From positions 310,001 to 374,000 of the forward strand of contig CM097885.1 of NCBI GenBank assembly GCA_044892525.1: a stretch of 64,000 bases of DNA, read 5' to 3'. Below the pieces are notes generated by a model. The model worked only from the letters and a program-made list of their open reading frames with translations. It was not told where the DNA came from and did no database searches. This DNA comes from Schmidtea polychroa (Eukaryota). Positions 49,605 to 62,900 of this stretch are shown here, in pieces. The position numbers were made by a program, and so were the translations under genes. Numbering within the stretch: position 1 is the stretch's first letter; every line of letters begins with the position of its first letter.

Positions 49605-50069
49605 ATGCTTTCAAATATAAATTACAGGGCAAAAGCTGATGTATCAAAAATGGTATTTCCAATGGGGAAACCACAACAACTTATCAATAGAAGTAAAAAA
49701 TATCCAATAATATATTTCAAAACTGGTAAATGTAGAATTATGGGGTGTAAGGAAATAATCAAAGCTAGTGAATATAATGTTTATGATTTAGAAATACAAT
49801 CGATAACCGTAACTTCCGATATAGGTTTTTCTTGTAATTTAAATAATTTGGCTAAATTAATACCATGCTTTTACGAACCAGAATTATTTCCAGCTTTGAG
49901 ATATATAAAATATAACCCTATGTGTGTAAATATATTCGCTAGCGGTAAGATAGTAATTCTTGGAATAAAAAATATTGATTACAAATGTATAGTTGATAAT
50001 ATCATATCTGAAATTAAATCAATAATTGAAGGAAAAGAATTTTTAGATTTTTTATTATCACTTAATTAA
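49605..50069 (+). CDS. TBP: TATA-binding protein homologue carried by the Polinton
   Basis: Second repeat IQSITVTSDIGFSCNL...YEPELFPALRY...VNIFASGKIVILG matches the TBP signature; the first repeat is shortened but keeps LSNI and YFKTGKCRIMGCK. Intact, intronless, inside the TIRs. Confidence 0.9.
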   Translation: MLSNINYRAKADVSKMVFPMGKPQQLINRSKKYPIIYFKTGKCRIMGCKEIIKASEYNVYDLEIQSITVTSDIGFSCNLNNLAKLIPCFYEPELFPALRYIKYNPMCVNIFASGKIVILGIKNIDYKCIVDNIISEIKSIIEGKEFLDFLLSLN

Positions 50070-50190
50070 TTATTTATCATTGCAAATTCAATGCAATTAA
50101 AATGCATGATTCTGATTGGTCAAAATCTAATTGGCTGATGATTATTTATAACAAAATGTTTTCGGTTTAGTTGTCATTTATTCAACAAAA

Positions 50191-50600
50191 ATGTACAACA
50201 TACAAAGTTCCGCAATCACCTCAATGAAAGAGCATGCAAATTATGGTAATTTCAAATTTTTATTATTACATTAATATATATAATTTTTAGAGATGAATAT
50301 CAATCAATTATCCTGCAAAGATTATGCTTCTATTATCCAGAATTAAATGAAATTCTACAAGATAGAGATCCAGCTATCATTCCGGATTTGGTATACAACC
50401 AAACTCGAATCTGGATATTCGATATAATAAACACCTTTCTATGGGATATCAAGATAGGAAGGGGGATGAAAGAAATGAAAGCAGAGGCTCCTTGCATTTT
50501 CGGATGTAGCTGTTGCAATTTCCGTTATCAACAATATGTTGAATGGTGTTTGGTGAAGACTCTGAGAAATCATCACTCGAGTCAGATTGTATCAAAATAA
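50191..50600 (+). CDS. Orphan Cys-rich small protein, probably two exons (50191-50245, 50293-50600)
   Basis: ATG exon ends TAT G|gtaatt. The frame of ORF 50388-50600 is open back to 50293, and CCAAT/TATA-like boxes lie upstream. Needs the second AG of TAGAG as acceptor. Confidence 0.5.
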
Positions 50601-50895
50601 ATTTTTTTTTTTTTTTTTTTTTTTATGTTGAATTGTTTTGTTTTTGTAAATCGAAATAATAGAAATAGAAATAATAATAATAGAAATAATATAAGTAATA
50701 ATAGAAATATTAGAAATAATAATAATAAAAAACAATATTTATAATAAAAACATTAATGCAACATTAATGCAAATGACATGCAATTTAAACAAAGACATGT
50801 AATTTAAACAAAGACATACATCAATCTGATTGGTTGATAAACAATAGTCATAGGTATAAAAACCCTGTACCATTTCATTTTAATCATTATTTACG

Positions 50896-51315
50896 ATGAC
50901 AAAGAAAATTTCAAGCACTGAAAAGCCAAAAGTTGTTCCAGAACTTGTACAACCTGTTCAAATGTTCCACAACTATAAAATGTATTTTTTAAAAGAAGAA
51001 ATCAATATAAAATTGGTGTCACCGATCAAGCTAATTCCAACTAAATTTCAATTCTTATCCGGCACGCTTTCAATGTTAGATGTTAAATCTATTGATGAGG
51101 TTTTCAAACGGTTGAATACGAATCTATCTTGTAATCAACATGCCTGGTTCAACAACAGATATGCAAGATTTTATGATTCATTTGATGAAATCGGTTTCAA
51201 AGAAAACGAAAATTGGTATATAACAATTGCAATCCAAGGATATAAAGTTGATAATAATGATGTGTATTCTCCAATTTGGAAAATTATGTCTGCTAGACTT
51301 TCACAACTATTTTAA
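50896..51315 (+). CDS. Hypothetical 139-aa protein, possible OB-fold ssDNA-binding protein
   Basis: Clean ORF with CCAAT (ATTGG) and TATAAAA upstream and AATAAA downstream; beta-rich aromatic C-terminus WYITIAIQGYKV...SPIWKIMSARL. Fold is a guess. Confidence 0.6.
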   Translation: MTKKISSTEKPKVVPELVQPVQMFHNYKMYFLKEEINIKLVSPIKLIPTKFQFLSGTLSMLDVKSIDEVFKRLNTNLSCNQHAWFNNRYARFYDSFDEIGFKENENWYITIAIQGYKVDNNDVYSPIWKIMSARLSQLF

Positions 51316-51448
51316 TGTTATATTTAATAAATGTATTAGTCATATTTGTTTTTTCTCTTTATTAATTGCAACATTAATGCAAATGACATGCAAATTTAAC
51401 AAAGAAAATCTATAAACAAACTTATAATATAGTTTTAAAGTGTTATTA

Positions 51449-51783
51449 ATGACTACAGAAAAAGGTTAACATGATTAATTAAATACCGAATTATTTATTA
51501 TTTAGAATTATTAATCAACTTTTTGTTGGAAAAGTTAGCAGAAATAGCTGGTGTAAAAATTGAGGATATATTATATATTACAAATGCCTTAAATATCGGC
51601 TGGGTAGCTGAGAGTCAAGATTCAGGATTTGACAATCATGAAGAAACTCAAGAAATTGATGACGAAATCTATGAACCTATAGAGAAACCTAAAGATAATA
51701 TTACGAATGATTGTATTGATCATGTCGTTGAAAATATAATGAAATGTGGAGATGACGATTGCGAATGTGTTAATAAATTTTAA
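51449..51783 (+). CDS. Orphan acidic protein, two exons (51449-51464, 51506-51783)
   Basis: ATG ACT ACA GAA AAA G|gttaac...atttag|AA TTA TTA joins in frame to ORF 51523-51783, which has no ATG start of its own. Confidence 0.6.
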
Positions 51784-51838
51784 AATTGAATTATTTTCAT
51801 TTAAATATACTATTAAAACCATGATTTGTGATAGAAAT

Positions 51839-52624
<786 letters not shown>

Positions 52625-53118
52625 AATATTGGTTCTAAAAAATTAAAATAAAGTAAATCAAGGTCCAAAATTTTAAATTAAAGTAATGAATGGGCACAAA
52701 TAACTAAATTAAGGTTCTAAAAAATTAAATTAAAGTTAATTAAGGTCCAAATTTTAAAATTAAGTAATCAATGGTAAAAAATAAAGTTAAATAAGTAAAT
52801 TAAAGTAAGATTTTTAAATTTATTAACAATTGAAATGAAATATTTTATGAAATAATTTTTTATGAATAATTTTTAATAGAAATTTTAATGAAATATTTTT
52901 CAATGGTAATTTTTAATGAAAATGTTTATGAACTAATAATAAAAATAATAATAATAATATATCAACCAAATACTATACAACACATAAAAAATTAACTAAA
53001 CACATAAAAATAACTAGACACATAAAAAAACATATAAACATTAACTAGACACATAAAAAACATTAAAATTTACCAAACAAATAACAAATGTATATATATA
53101 AACTTTTATTTAATAAAA

Positions 53119-55590
53119 TTAGTCCTCATCAGACAAAATAACGTCATCGATATCGATATCATCTTCTCCAAAATCTTCTCCAACATCTTCAATAAGTTCT
53201 TCCTCATCTTCTCCAACATTTTCATCAAATTCATCTCCAACAATTTCTCCAACATTTTCTCCAATATTTAATTCACTTAATCTTACATGCCCATTTTTTC
53301 AGCAGCTTCAGGGAAATCATCCAACTTCTCATTTAGCTCAGAAGAAATTACAAGATCAACTTCAAGAGTGTATCCATAAGACAAAGAATCAAGATTTAAA
53401 TTCCTACTTTCATCCATTATTAAATCAAATCCATCAAGAACCCAACTAAATTCACCACAAGATAATGATTGACTTAAAGCCCAACCATAAAGATTATTAA
53501 TATCTATATAAAGTAACTCGGTGTTCTCATCGGTTTTTACGTAATGCTAATTCACAAAAGTAATACCGCCTCTTATTCCACCCTCATAAAAGCTAAACAT
53601 TTCGTTTTCAGTTATGAGCTCAAATGGTTCATTTAAAGACATTAATGCAGAAGACCAAGACATACTGGAATTCCGAAATAATTCAATGGTTCTAATCTAT
53701 TGTGAGCAATAGATTTCAACCGAAACTGATGAAAGAAATCAGCCAAAAGAAAACAATCAAGTTTTAAGTAGATCATCATATAATCTAATAAAGTTAGGCA
53801 ATTAGTTTCTACCCAAATCTCCTGAGCTTTTTCATACTAAAGCTCAGTAACACCCTCCCAGATTGGTGGTAATTCATAAGTAGTTTGGAAAATATCTAAA
53901 GATGTAGCGAAATTATAAGGGAAGATTCCTTTTTCAGAAACTATAGTGCCAGAAAAAACAGAATTAGTAAAAAGCAAAGAATTCAAAGTTTTGACTGCTT
54001 TAGCTAAAGAATCATTAACAAATTGATAAGAATCAATGAATTGATAAGAATCAATTCTTTTGCCTAAATGCGCAATCAAAGAAATAAATTTTTCAGTCGT
54101 TATTGGGATGCAACCTAAAGTCCAATTTTTAAATTTATTTAATCCGTATTTAAGAATATGGTGCATATCGTATCTCTTCAAGTTGTGAAATACGATAGGC
54201 AAAATTTTATTTATTTTCCTATTTATGTTACATGTGCTACAAGCTGCACCCAAGTATTTCCCAGTAAAATGATCGTGATCTCTAACAGGATCGACGATAC
54301 ATTTCAAACAAAGGTAACAAACAGATGCACTAACAAATTGACGTTGTTCAATTTTTGTTAATTTCATCATAGGTTTGCTACCCATTTTATAATAAAAAGG
54401 AAGAACCTTATTTAATGCTATATCCTCTATAGCACTTAAAAAACTCTCGACGCAATCTAAACCTATGAACTGTTGATAAGATTTAGATCCATCAAAGTTA
54501 TTTACAAGTAAAAGACCAGCAGATATTGGCATGTGTCGTTGGAAATGAACATTATCAGAAGGTAAAATAGCCTCAAAATCGGCATAAACTATAAAAGGAG
54601 GAGTTACTGTTTTCGACCAGTCAGTAAACTGCAATAATTTATTTTGAGGGAAAGTGTAAAGAGTTGTTCCTAATTGATTACGTTTACATAATATTTCATG
54701 TTTTTCCAGTCCGTGTTTATACCTAAACCCATTCAAACACCGATGGCACCATAATGAACGTATGCGTGTAGGACAACTAGTGTTGATACCACAATTCAGT
54801 AACCTATTTAAATTACTTATAGCAACGTAATGGAAATTGTTTCCTTTATTTAAAAGTAGTAAATTAATTACAGTTCTATTTAAAACTTTAGAACGATGTA
54901 TAATATCTAAATGTGGATGTTTTAATACATAATTATCAGTTAATTGTTTGCTATTATCATATGAAAAAACATTAATTATTACACCCGAATTTTTAGATTC
55001 AAATTTCCTAATGTCTTTTAATTTCAGAGGTAATTCTAACGGGTCGTATACTAAGTCAGATAAATTATAACTCGATGTCCTATTTCTAGCATAACTACTA
55101 ACTTCATCATATTTTAAAATAGCTAAAATGCTATATAAAAACATGAATCATCAGTGTTTTTTATATTAATTAAACAATATTTATTTTTTAGATAAGTAGG
55201 TGTTTCAATGAAACTCCTACCACTTAATCTACTTAACCTACTTACTTTTGTTATGGTGAAATGTATTTCAGTAATATTTTTTATAATCCAATTGCTTCCT
55301 AACTCTGTAATGTTAGTTATTTTCTCATTTAGTTCTTTAATGCCTTCATCAAAAAATGATGCAGTTAAAGGCTTTGCATAATTTGAGATATTATTAACCT
55401 TTATTTCCCCGTCTTTTTCAAATTCGATTGTTATTCCGAATTGAATTTTGACGGAGCCTTATTGTTGTTCAGGAAATATTACTTCTTTTATATTTAAGTC
55501 GCTGTATTTAAGCTTAATATTTGATGGGTACCTCTTAAATCTCTTTGTACTGTTGGTACATTTCCACCTATTTGTATTATATTTAATCCA
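53119..55590 (-). pseudogene. polB: Family B pPolB pseudogene (inverted duplicate of about 12765-15264)
   Basis: Shares the IDSYQF duplication, the CTT TAG stop and the core deletion with the 12266-15264 copy. Confidence 0.9.
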
Positions 55591-55950
55591 AGAATTAAAA
55601 AATAAACACATTGCAGAAACAGAATTTATTTAAAGTCAAACCCTGACTCCTCCAACAGATTCAAGTCTAAATAAAATTCAATCAAAAGCAATAACACTGG
55701 TAAGTAGGACTCCAACCCACTTTCATGGTCAAGAAATATGTCCAGATCAAATATAGGTCAATTGAATTATTTATTTTTAAATAAACATTTTATTTATTTA
55801 CTTCTTTTTAATTTTTTCTTTTTAATTATATTAATTAATTATTTTATTTTGTTTTTTTTTAATTACTTACTTTAGTTAATTTTTAATTTATTACATTAAT
55901 TAATTTCTTAGTTTATTAATATTTTATTTTATTTACTTACGCTATTTAAA

Positions 55951-56077
<127 letters not shown>

Positions 56078-56659
56078 TATTTTATTTATTTCTTTATTTT
56101 TTCTTAAATTTTACATTTACATTATATTCTAAAAAGAGAGTTAATTATAACAATAATATTTCAATTTGTATAAAATTTTAATTAGTAATTATTCAATTTG
56201 AATAAAATATTTATTAGAAATTATTTAATTTATTATAAAATAAAACGCTGTGTTAATTTTAAATAAACTGGATATTAATTTTTTGTAAAAAAAATAAATA
56301 AAATAGTCTAAAAGGTTAAATTATGGTCTAAAATTTAAAATTTAAAAATTGAAAATTGAAAATTAAAAACTAAACTAATCAAACTAAATCAAACGCTATA
56401 ACCTTAATTCAAGAATTCACTAAAGTAGATCAGAAGATATTAATTATCAAAATGTAACAAAGACTCTGAAATTCATCAATTTCATCTAATGACCTGGTGA
56501 TATTCAATACCATTCTCAAGAATGCTAAAGTCGGGAATTCTTTGAATTTAACAAATAAATAAAAAATTAAATAAAAAATTATTGTTGATTATAGTTTATC
56601 ATTAATTATTTTTTTGTTAGGGGTTGTAAAGAAAATACTTTGACAACACAAGATTTTTA

Positions 56660-58520
56660 AATTTATTAAGAAAAAGTTGGAATAATAGTCTGTAATTGAG
56701 AATTGAAATTTTTTAATGAAAATCTCTAATAGAAATGTTTTAAGATAATTTTTAATGAAAATTTTAATGGAATAATTTTCAAAGATAATTTTCAACGAAA
56801 ATTTTAATTGATTAATTTTTTAAGTAAATTTTTTTAATGAAATTTTTTTTATAGATTAATAATAATAATATTATTATTTCAACCAAATACTATACAACAC
56901 ATAAAAATAACTAGACACATAACAAAACATATATATATTTACTAAACACATAAAAATTAACTAGACACATAAAAAACATAAAAATTACCAAACAAATAAA
57001 AAGAACAAATGTAAAGATATAAACTTTTATTTAATAAAATCAGTCTTCATCAATATCAATATCATCTTTTCCAACATCTTCTCCAACATTTAATTGATTT
57101 AATATTACATACCCATATGACAAACTAGTATTTTTCCCCACCCAAACCCTTTTGTCATCTTTGTTAGTTAGTTATTTAATAAAATCAGTCCTCATCAGAC
57201 AAAATAACGTCATCGATATCGATATCATATTCTCCAAAATCTTCTCCAACATCTTCAATAAATTCTTCCTCATCTTCTCCAACATTTTCATCAAATTCAT
57301 CTCCAACAATTTCTCCAACATTTTCTCCAACAATTTCTCCAACATTTTCTCCAATATTTAATTCAATTAATCTTACATGCCTATATGCGAGACTAGTATT
57401 TTTCCCCACCCAATCAAAGAAATAAATTTTTAAACCGTGATTGGGATGCAACCTAAAGTCCAATTTTTAAATTTGTTTAAACCATATTTAAGAATATGGT
57501 GCATATCGTATCTCTTCAAGTTGTGAAATACGATAGGCAAAATTTTATTTATTTTCCTATTTATGGCGCATGTGCTACAAGCTGCACCCAAGTATTTCCC
57601 AGTAAAATGATCGTGATCTCTAACAGGATCGACGATCCATTTCAAACAAAGGTAACAAACAGATGCACTAACAAATTGACGTTGTTCAATTTTTGTTAAT
57701 TTCATCATAAGTTTGCTACCCATTTTATAATAAAAAGGAAGAACCTTATTTAATGCTATATCCTCTATAGCACTTAAAAAACTCTCGACGCAATCTAAAC
57801 CTATGAATTGTTGATAAGATTTAGATCCATCAAAGTTATTTACAAGTAAAAGACCAGAAGATATTGGCATGTGTCGTTTGAAATAATAGCCTCAAAATCG
57901 GCATCAGCTACAAAAGGAGGAGTTATGGTTTTCGACCAGTCAGTAAACTGTAATAATTTATTTTGAGGGAATGTGTAAAGAGTTGTTCCTAACTGATTTT
58001 TTATGTGTTTAGTTAATGTTTATATGTTTTGTTATGTGTCTAGTTATTTTTATGTGTTTAGTTAATTTTTATGTGTTGTATAGTATTTGGTTGAAATAAT
58101 AATATTATTATTAATCTATAAAAAAAATTTCATTAAAAAAATTTCCTTAAAAAATTAATCCACTAAAATTTTCGTTGAAAATTATCTTAAAAAATTTTTA
58201 TTAAAGATTTTCATTAAAAAATTTCAATTCTTAATTACTGACTATTATTCCAACTTTTTGTTAATAAATTTAAAAATCTTACTTTAATTTACTTATTACT
58301 TTAATTAAAAAATTTGAAACTTAATTTACTTATTTCAGCCCATTGATTACCAAATATATCTATTAATTTACTTTAATTCAAAAATCTTAGCCCATAATTT
58401 ACTATATTTCAATTTTTAGACCCTTAATTTACTGTAATTCAATTTTTGAACCATCATTTACTTTAATTTTAAATTTAAGAACCATAATTTACTTTAGTTT
58501 AAAAATTTGAACCTTAATTA
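56660..58520. pseudogene. Scrambled family B Polinton remnants (pPolB pieces between inverted subterminal sequences)
   Basis: ORF 57430-57870 is the Exo/HNH region and 57185-57410 is the acidic tail; about 56660-56960 and 58000-58280 are inverted copies of each other. Confidence 0.8.
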
Positions 58521-59939
58521 ACTAATAAAAGTTAAATTATCATTTTCAATTAATATTTTACAAACATAAAATTACAATATTTGAAATTCTAAATATCTCT
58601 ATTAACATGTTTGCAATTAATTTTAAAAATACAAAAATTTTACAAAATTTTCAAATTGAATATTAAATATTTTTTTAATTTGCATTTGATAATGTTTATT
58701 CTTAATAAGATTTTCCCATGAGAAAATTCATATTTGTTTAAATGCAAAACTTTAAATTTAATTCTATAAAAAAAATTATTTTTCAAGACGTCTAAAAGCT
58801 CTAGGACAAGAAGAAAATACAGTTTAGAAAGGTAGTGAGTGAATTTCCTAATGAATTACAGAAGGGTATAGGACAAAGTTCCAGTTCTCCATTCTCAATT
58901 TATCATCAATCAGCGGCAACATTGACAAAGTTTATCTTAAACAAGCTGCAAATTTATATATAAAATTACATAAAAATTGTTGATAAATTGTTAAAGTTTT
59001 AATAATATATTTCGAATAATAAAAATTTCCCTTGATAAAATTCTGAATATGAAATAAATATTAAAAATTATATTAAAATTTAAAACTGTAAAAATTTTAA
59101 ATTTTATTTATAAATTTCATTTTTAAATTGTTTTATTAATCAATTTATTAGAAAATAATCTTAATGAAGCATTTTAAGTATTATTTTAGTTTTAACTAAT
59201 TTTTCTAAATTTTATTTAAATTTATTTTTGTAGTCGTTTATGATATGGAGGCCTTTAAGCAGTTAGTCTTAGTTAACGTAGCTCTCTTCGCTGGTAATAA
59301 TACAAATTACCTTTTACCTTGACTGCATTGATGGAGGTGCTACTCGTCCATTTGTATGCCGAATGTCCTTTACCGTCAAACTTCCTCTGGCTTCGTCATA
59401 ATCGTTCTTATTGGTCTAACAATGTACCGCACTACGTCGATCCCTCTTAAAAGGTTTCTGAATTTCAACATTTTGCTCTTATCATAGCCCATTTTTGACT
59501 ACTTTGGTGACAACATCAGAGTGCCTTCTTTTATTTTTTACCTTTTTAGGATCTGACCTTCACAGTGGATACATAAAGATTTTCAGCAAAAGCCTCAGCG
59601 ATATGTAATTTCATTTATTTCCATTTTCAGAGTAGATTAGACTAGTAATTTCATGTAATTCTGAACACTTCTCATGCTTTCTTTCTTTATTTTCAATTTC
59701 TAGTTTAATATTTACATCCATCATTTTTATTTTTATTCTGATATAATTTTAAAAATTCAAAAAACTTTAATAACAAATATAATAATAAATCTATAATTAA
59801 TAATGATGAAAAAATTAATACATTGAACTATAATTTAAATCAAATCGAAAAGGAATTCTCTGATTTTAAATTAAAATTTGATAATAATTTAATTAATTTT
59901 AAATACAAAATTGGAAATTTGTTTAAACTACCTTTGTTT

Positions 59940-62900
59940 AAACTACTCCCATTGACCTCACCAACGATATACCGACAACCACTGCCACTCAACAAAACCA
60001 AACTCCCACCAACAATACTACTACAGTTCCACCCCACACTGCTAAAACAAAAATATCCAATAATACTTTTCGGAGAGAACTAAGAGAACTCTCTAAACAC
60101 TTTTGGACCATGTTCCACAAAGACCCCTCCTACATAGATACTATAAAAGAATATAATAGTAAGATATACAGCAACAACAGCAACCAACCACACCCAATTA
60201 ATGCTTCTGATTCCCACAACAATATAACGGAAGCAAACCCACCTGCACCGGCCAACAACAACCTTTCTACATCCACCACTAACAATACCACTAGCGTCCC
60301 ACAACCTCATTCCATCCCCTTCCCTACCACACCCACAGAAACTCAATTTTCCCCATTCAATGATAGTCAATCAAAGACAATACAATCAACAATTAAACCG
60401 CCCACCTACACTACTACATTAAATACATGCAATAATAATACCGAAACCCCAATACACTCATCCCCAAAAAAGGATACAAATATCTCCTACAATAAAAGTG
60501 ATAAGCATCTTATACAAGAAATCCACAGAATAATCAACTGCAACAATCAAGAAACCTCCAAAAAACATGAAACAACCACAAAAAACCTGCAACAAAGCAT
60601 AATACAACAACAACATGAACAAGCTAATACACACAAAACATTAACGCTCCTAATCACACAAATGACAAAATTGCAACAACAAATACTCACACACAATACA
60701 GCAGCATCGTCCCAGCTCCCTCACGACATTGATGATGAACACCTAACTCTCACACCCAGGGATGATGACCTAAACATACCTCCACAATTCCATCAACCCG
60801 AACCCTCAGACAATGAATCAAATGAATCCCAATCGTCCGATGACAATGACGGATATATCACAGAAATAGAACGACAAGTCCATGTGAATAACAAAGTCGA
60901 CATCGATGAGACCCCAACTCAACAAACACCATCACAATATGAACAAAATAACACAACCCAACAAGAACAAACAATAAAAAGAACAACATCTTCCCGCGGC
61001 TCCCTTTTTTCACCAATGGAAAACATAACTCCAGTGGACCTCAACGACCCCTTTAACACGTATCATGCACTAGATGTCCTCAACATAAAAGACTTTGCAA
61101 TCGTTAAAGACATAATGAAAACGCCACCAGCACTTTATACACAAACCTCTGAATCATCCACCAATACACCCAATCCACTATATAACCTGCTCAACACCAA
61201 CGAACAACCAGTTACACAAAACCTCACTACGATCGACTCCCCATTCACTCTCAAAAAACAGGCACTATTCAACAACATGAACACATGAAAAGCATGCACG
61301 ACCGAATTATCAAAGACACAGACACATTTGAATGCCTAATGTGCCAAAGACAAAGGAAAAAAGGACAGAACCAAACCAAATTCCTTCTCACAAATATTGA
61401 AGAACACTGGCTTGATTATCATCCCGAAAAACAAATCCCTGGTACTAGAGAACAATATAACGACAAAAGGAGAATCCTCACACTAGAGCTCAACGAAGAG
61501 GGAACACTATTATGCACATACATATGCAAGAAAAACCCCTGTGATATACATCTGACTGTGAAGACCACCGCCACGGACATACTCAAACACATCTCTACAA
61601 AACACAAGAGTAAAGTATTTGACCAGACCACAAACATCAAATGCCACTGCGGTGAAACAATAAGCTTTGATAATATGAAACAACACCACCAATCACACAT
61701 GGGAATACTTGAACCCACTGAAATAAACATTGAGCCCCCCCCCCCACAAACATTCCAGTAACCTCCAAAGACATAGACTCTGACTGACTAAACCAGCACC
61801 AGATCTTCGCATACATGCTAACACATGCAACTACTGAAAACACTATATACATAGATAGCTTTATAGGTCTTGCATGCATTGAAAAACACTACCAAACCTT
61901 TTTTTCTGCCTTCCCATTTCATAAATATCCTGGATGGATAGACCTAATTTGGCCCATGAACATAGAAAAGAACCTCTGGATACTCTTCTACATTAATAAA
62001 CAACGCAACCTTTCTACAATTATTGACCCCACTTGCCAAATTAGCACCATGAAACATTACAACACAGCAACAACAATACTCAACATACTGACCAACCTAC
62101 AAAACATAATAACCACAAATGAATTCACCTTACAAGAACTAACATATCCCAGATGCAATGAAACAAAGCAATCAGGATACTACATATGCCACTTTGCCAA
62201 ATGCCTAGCCTCCAACAGATGCATCACACTCCCCAACATACAAAAGATACGCACAGACCTTAACAAAATAACAAACCTAATAATATATAGAAGGAAAGCA
62301 ACTGATGATGTGACCAGATATACCGCATTCATTGATGACATAATTACTCAGCTTGACACTAATACTATTGATGTTGATGAGAGCTTCCAAGAAATAGCCA
62401 AGATACATGAAGCTATATACCCTAACAAATACAAAAATAAAACAATACCAGCAAATATCCTCAACACAAAAGGCAATAAGCGCTTAGTATTCGAATTACG
62501 ACTAGACTTTGATAGAAGACCAAAAGCAACAATCGAAAAAATACTCACCAAAAATGAAAACACAACGACCACACCGACAGACGATGACATCTACAAAAAC
62601 TTCCAAACCACAACAAAACACATAACTAAATATAGTACACCAGATACACAACCCTCATATATTGACCTTATATCAGATAAACCCATAACAGACACAGAAC
62701 TCAACGAATCCATACTCAAACTTGACAGCACATCAGCCCCTGGTAGTGACAAAATCACATACAAAGAATGGAAAAAGATAGACCCAAAAAACAAATTTAG
62801 ACTTGCACTTTTTAACAACATACTACGCAATGGACATAGCCCCAAAACCTGGAAAACCTTTAAAACGAAACTCATCCTTAAACCAGGCAAAGAGCAATCA

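Noticed and set aside
49605..50069. Host TBP gene
   Set aside because: Lies inside the TIR/TSD-bounded element, is intronless, and its first repeat is far too diverged for a cellular TBP.
58780..59730. Possible host exons or a gene remnant
   Set aside because: Only short, stop-interrupted frames with no recognisable family.
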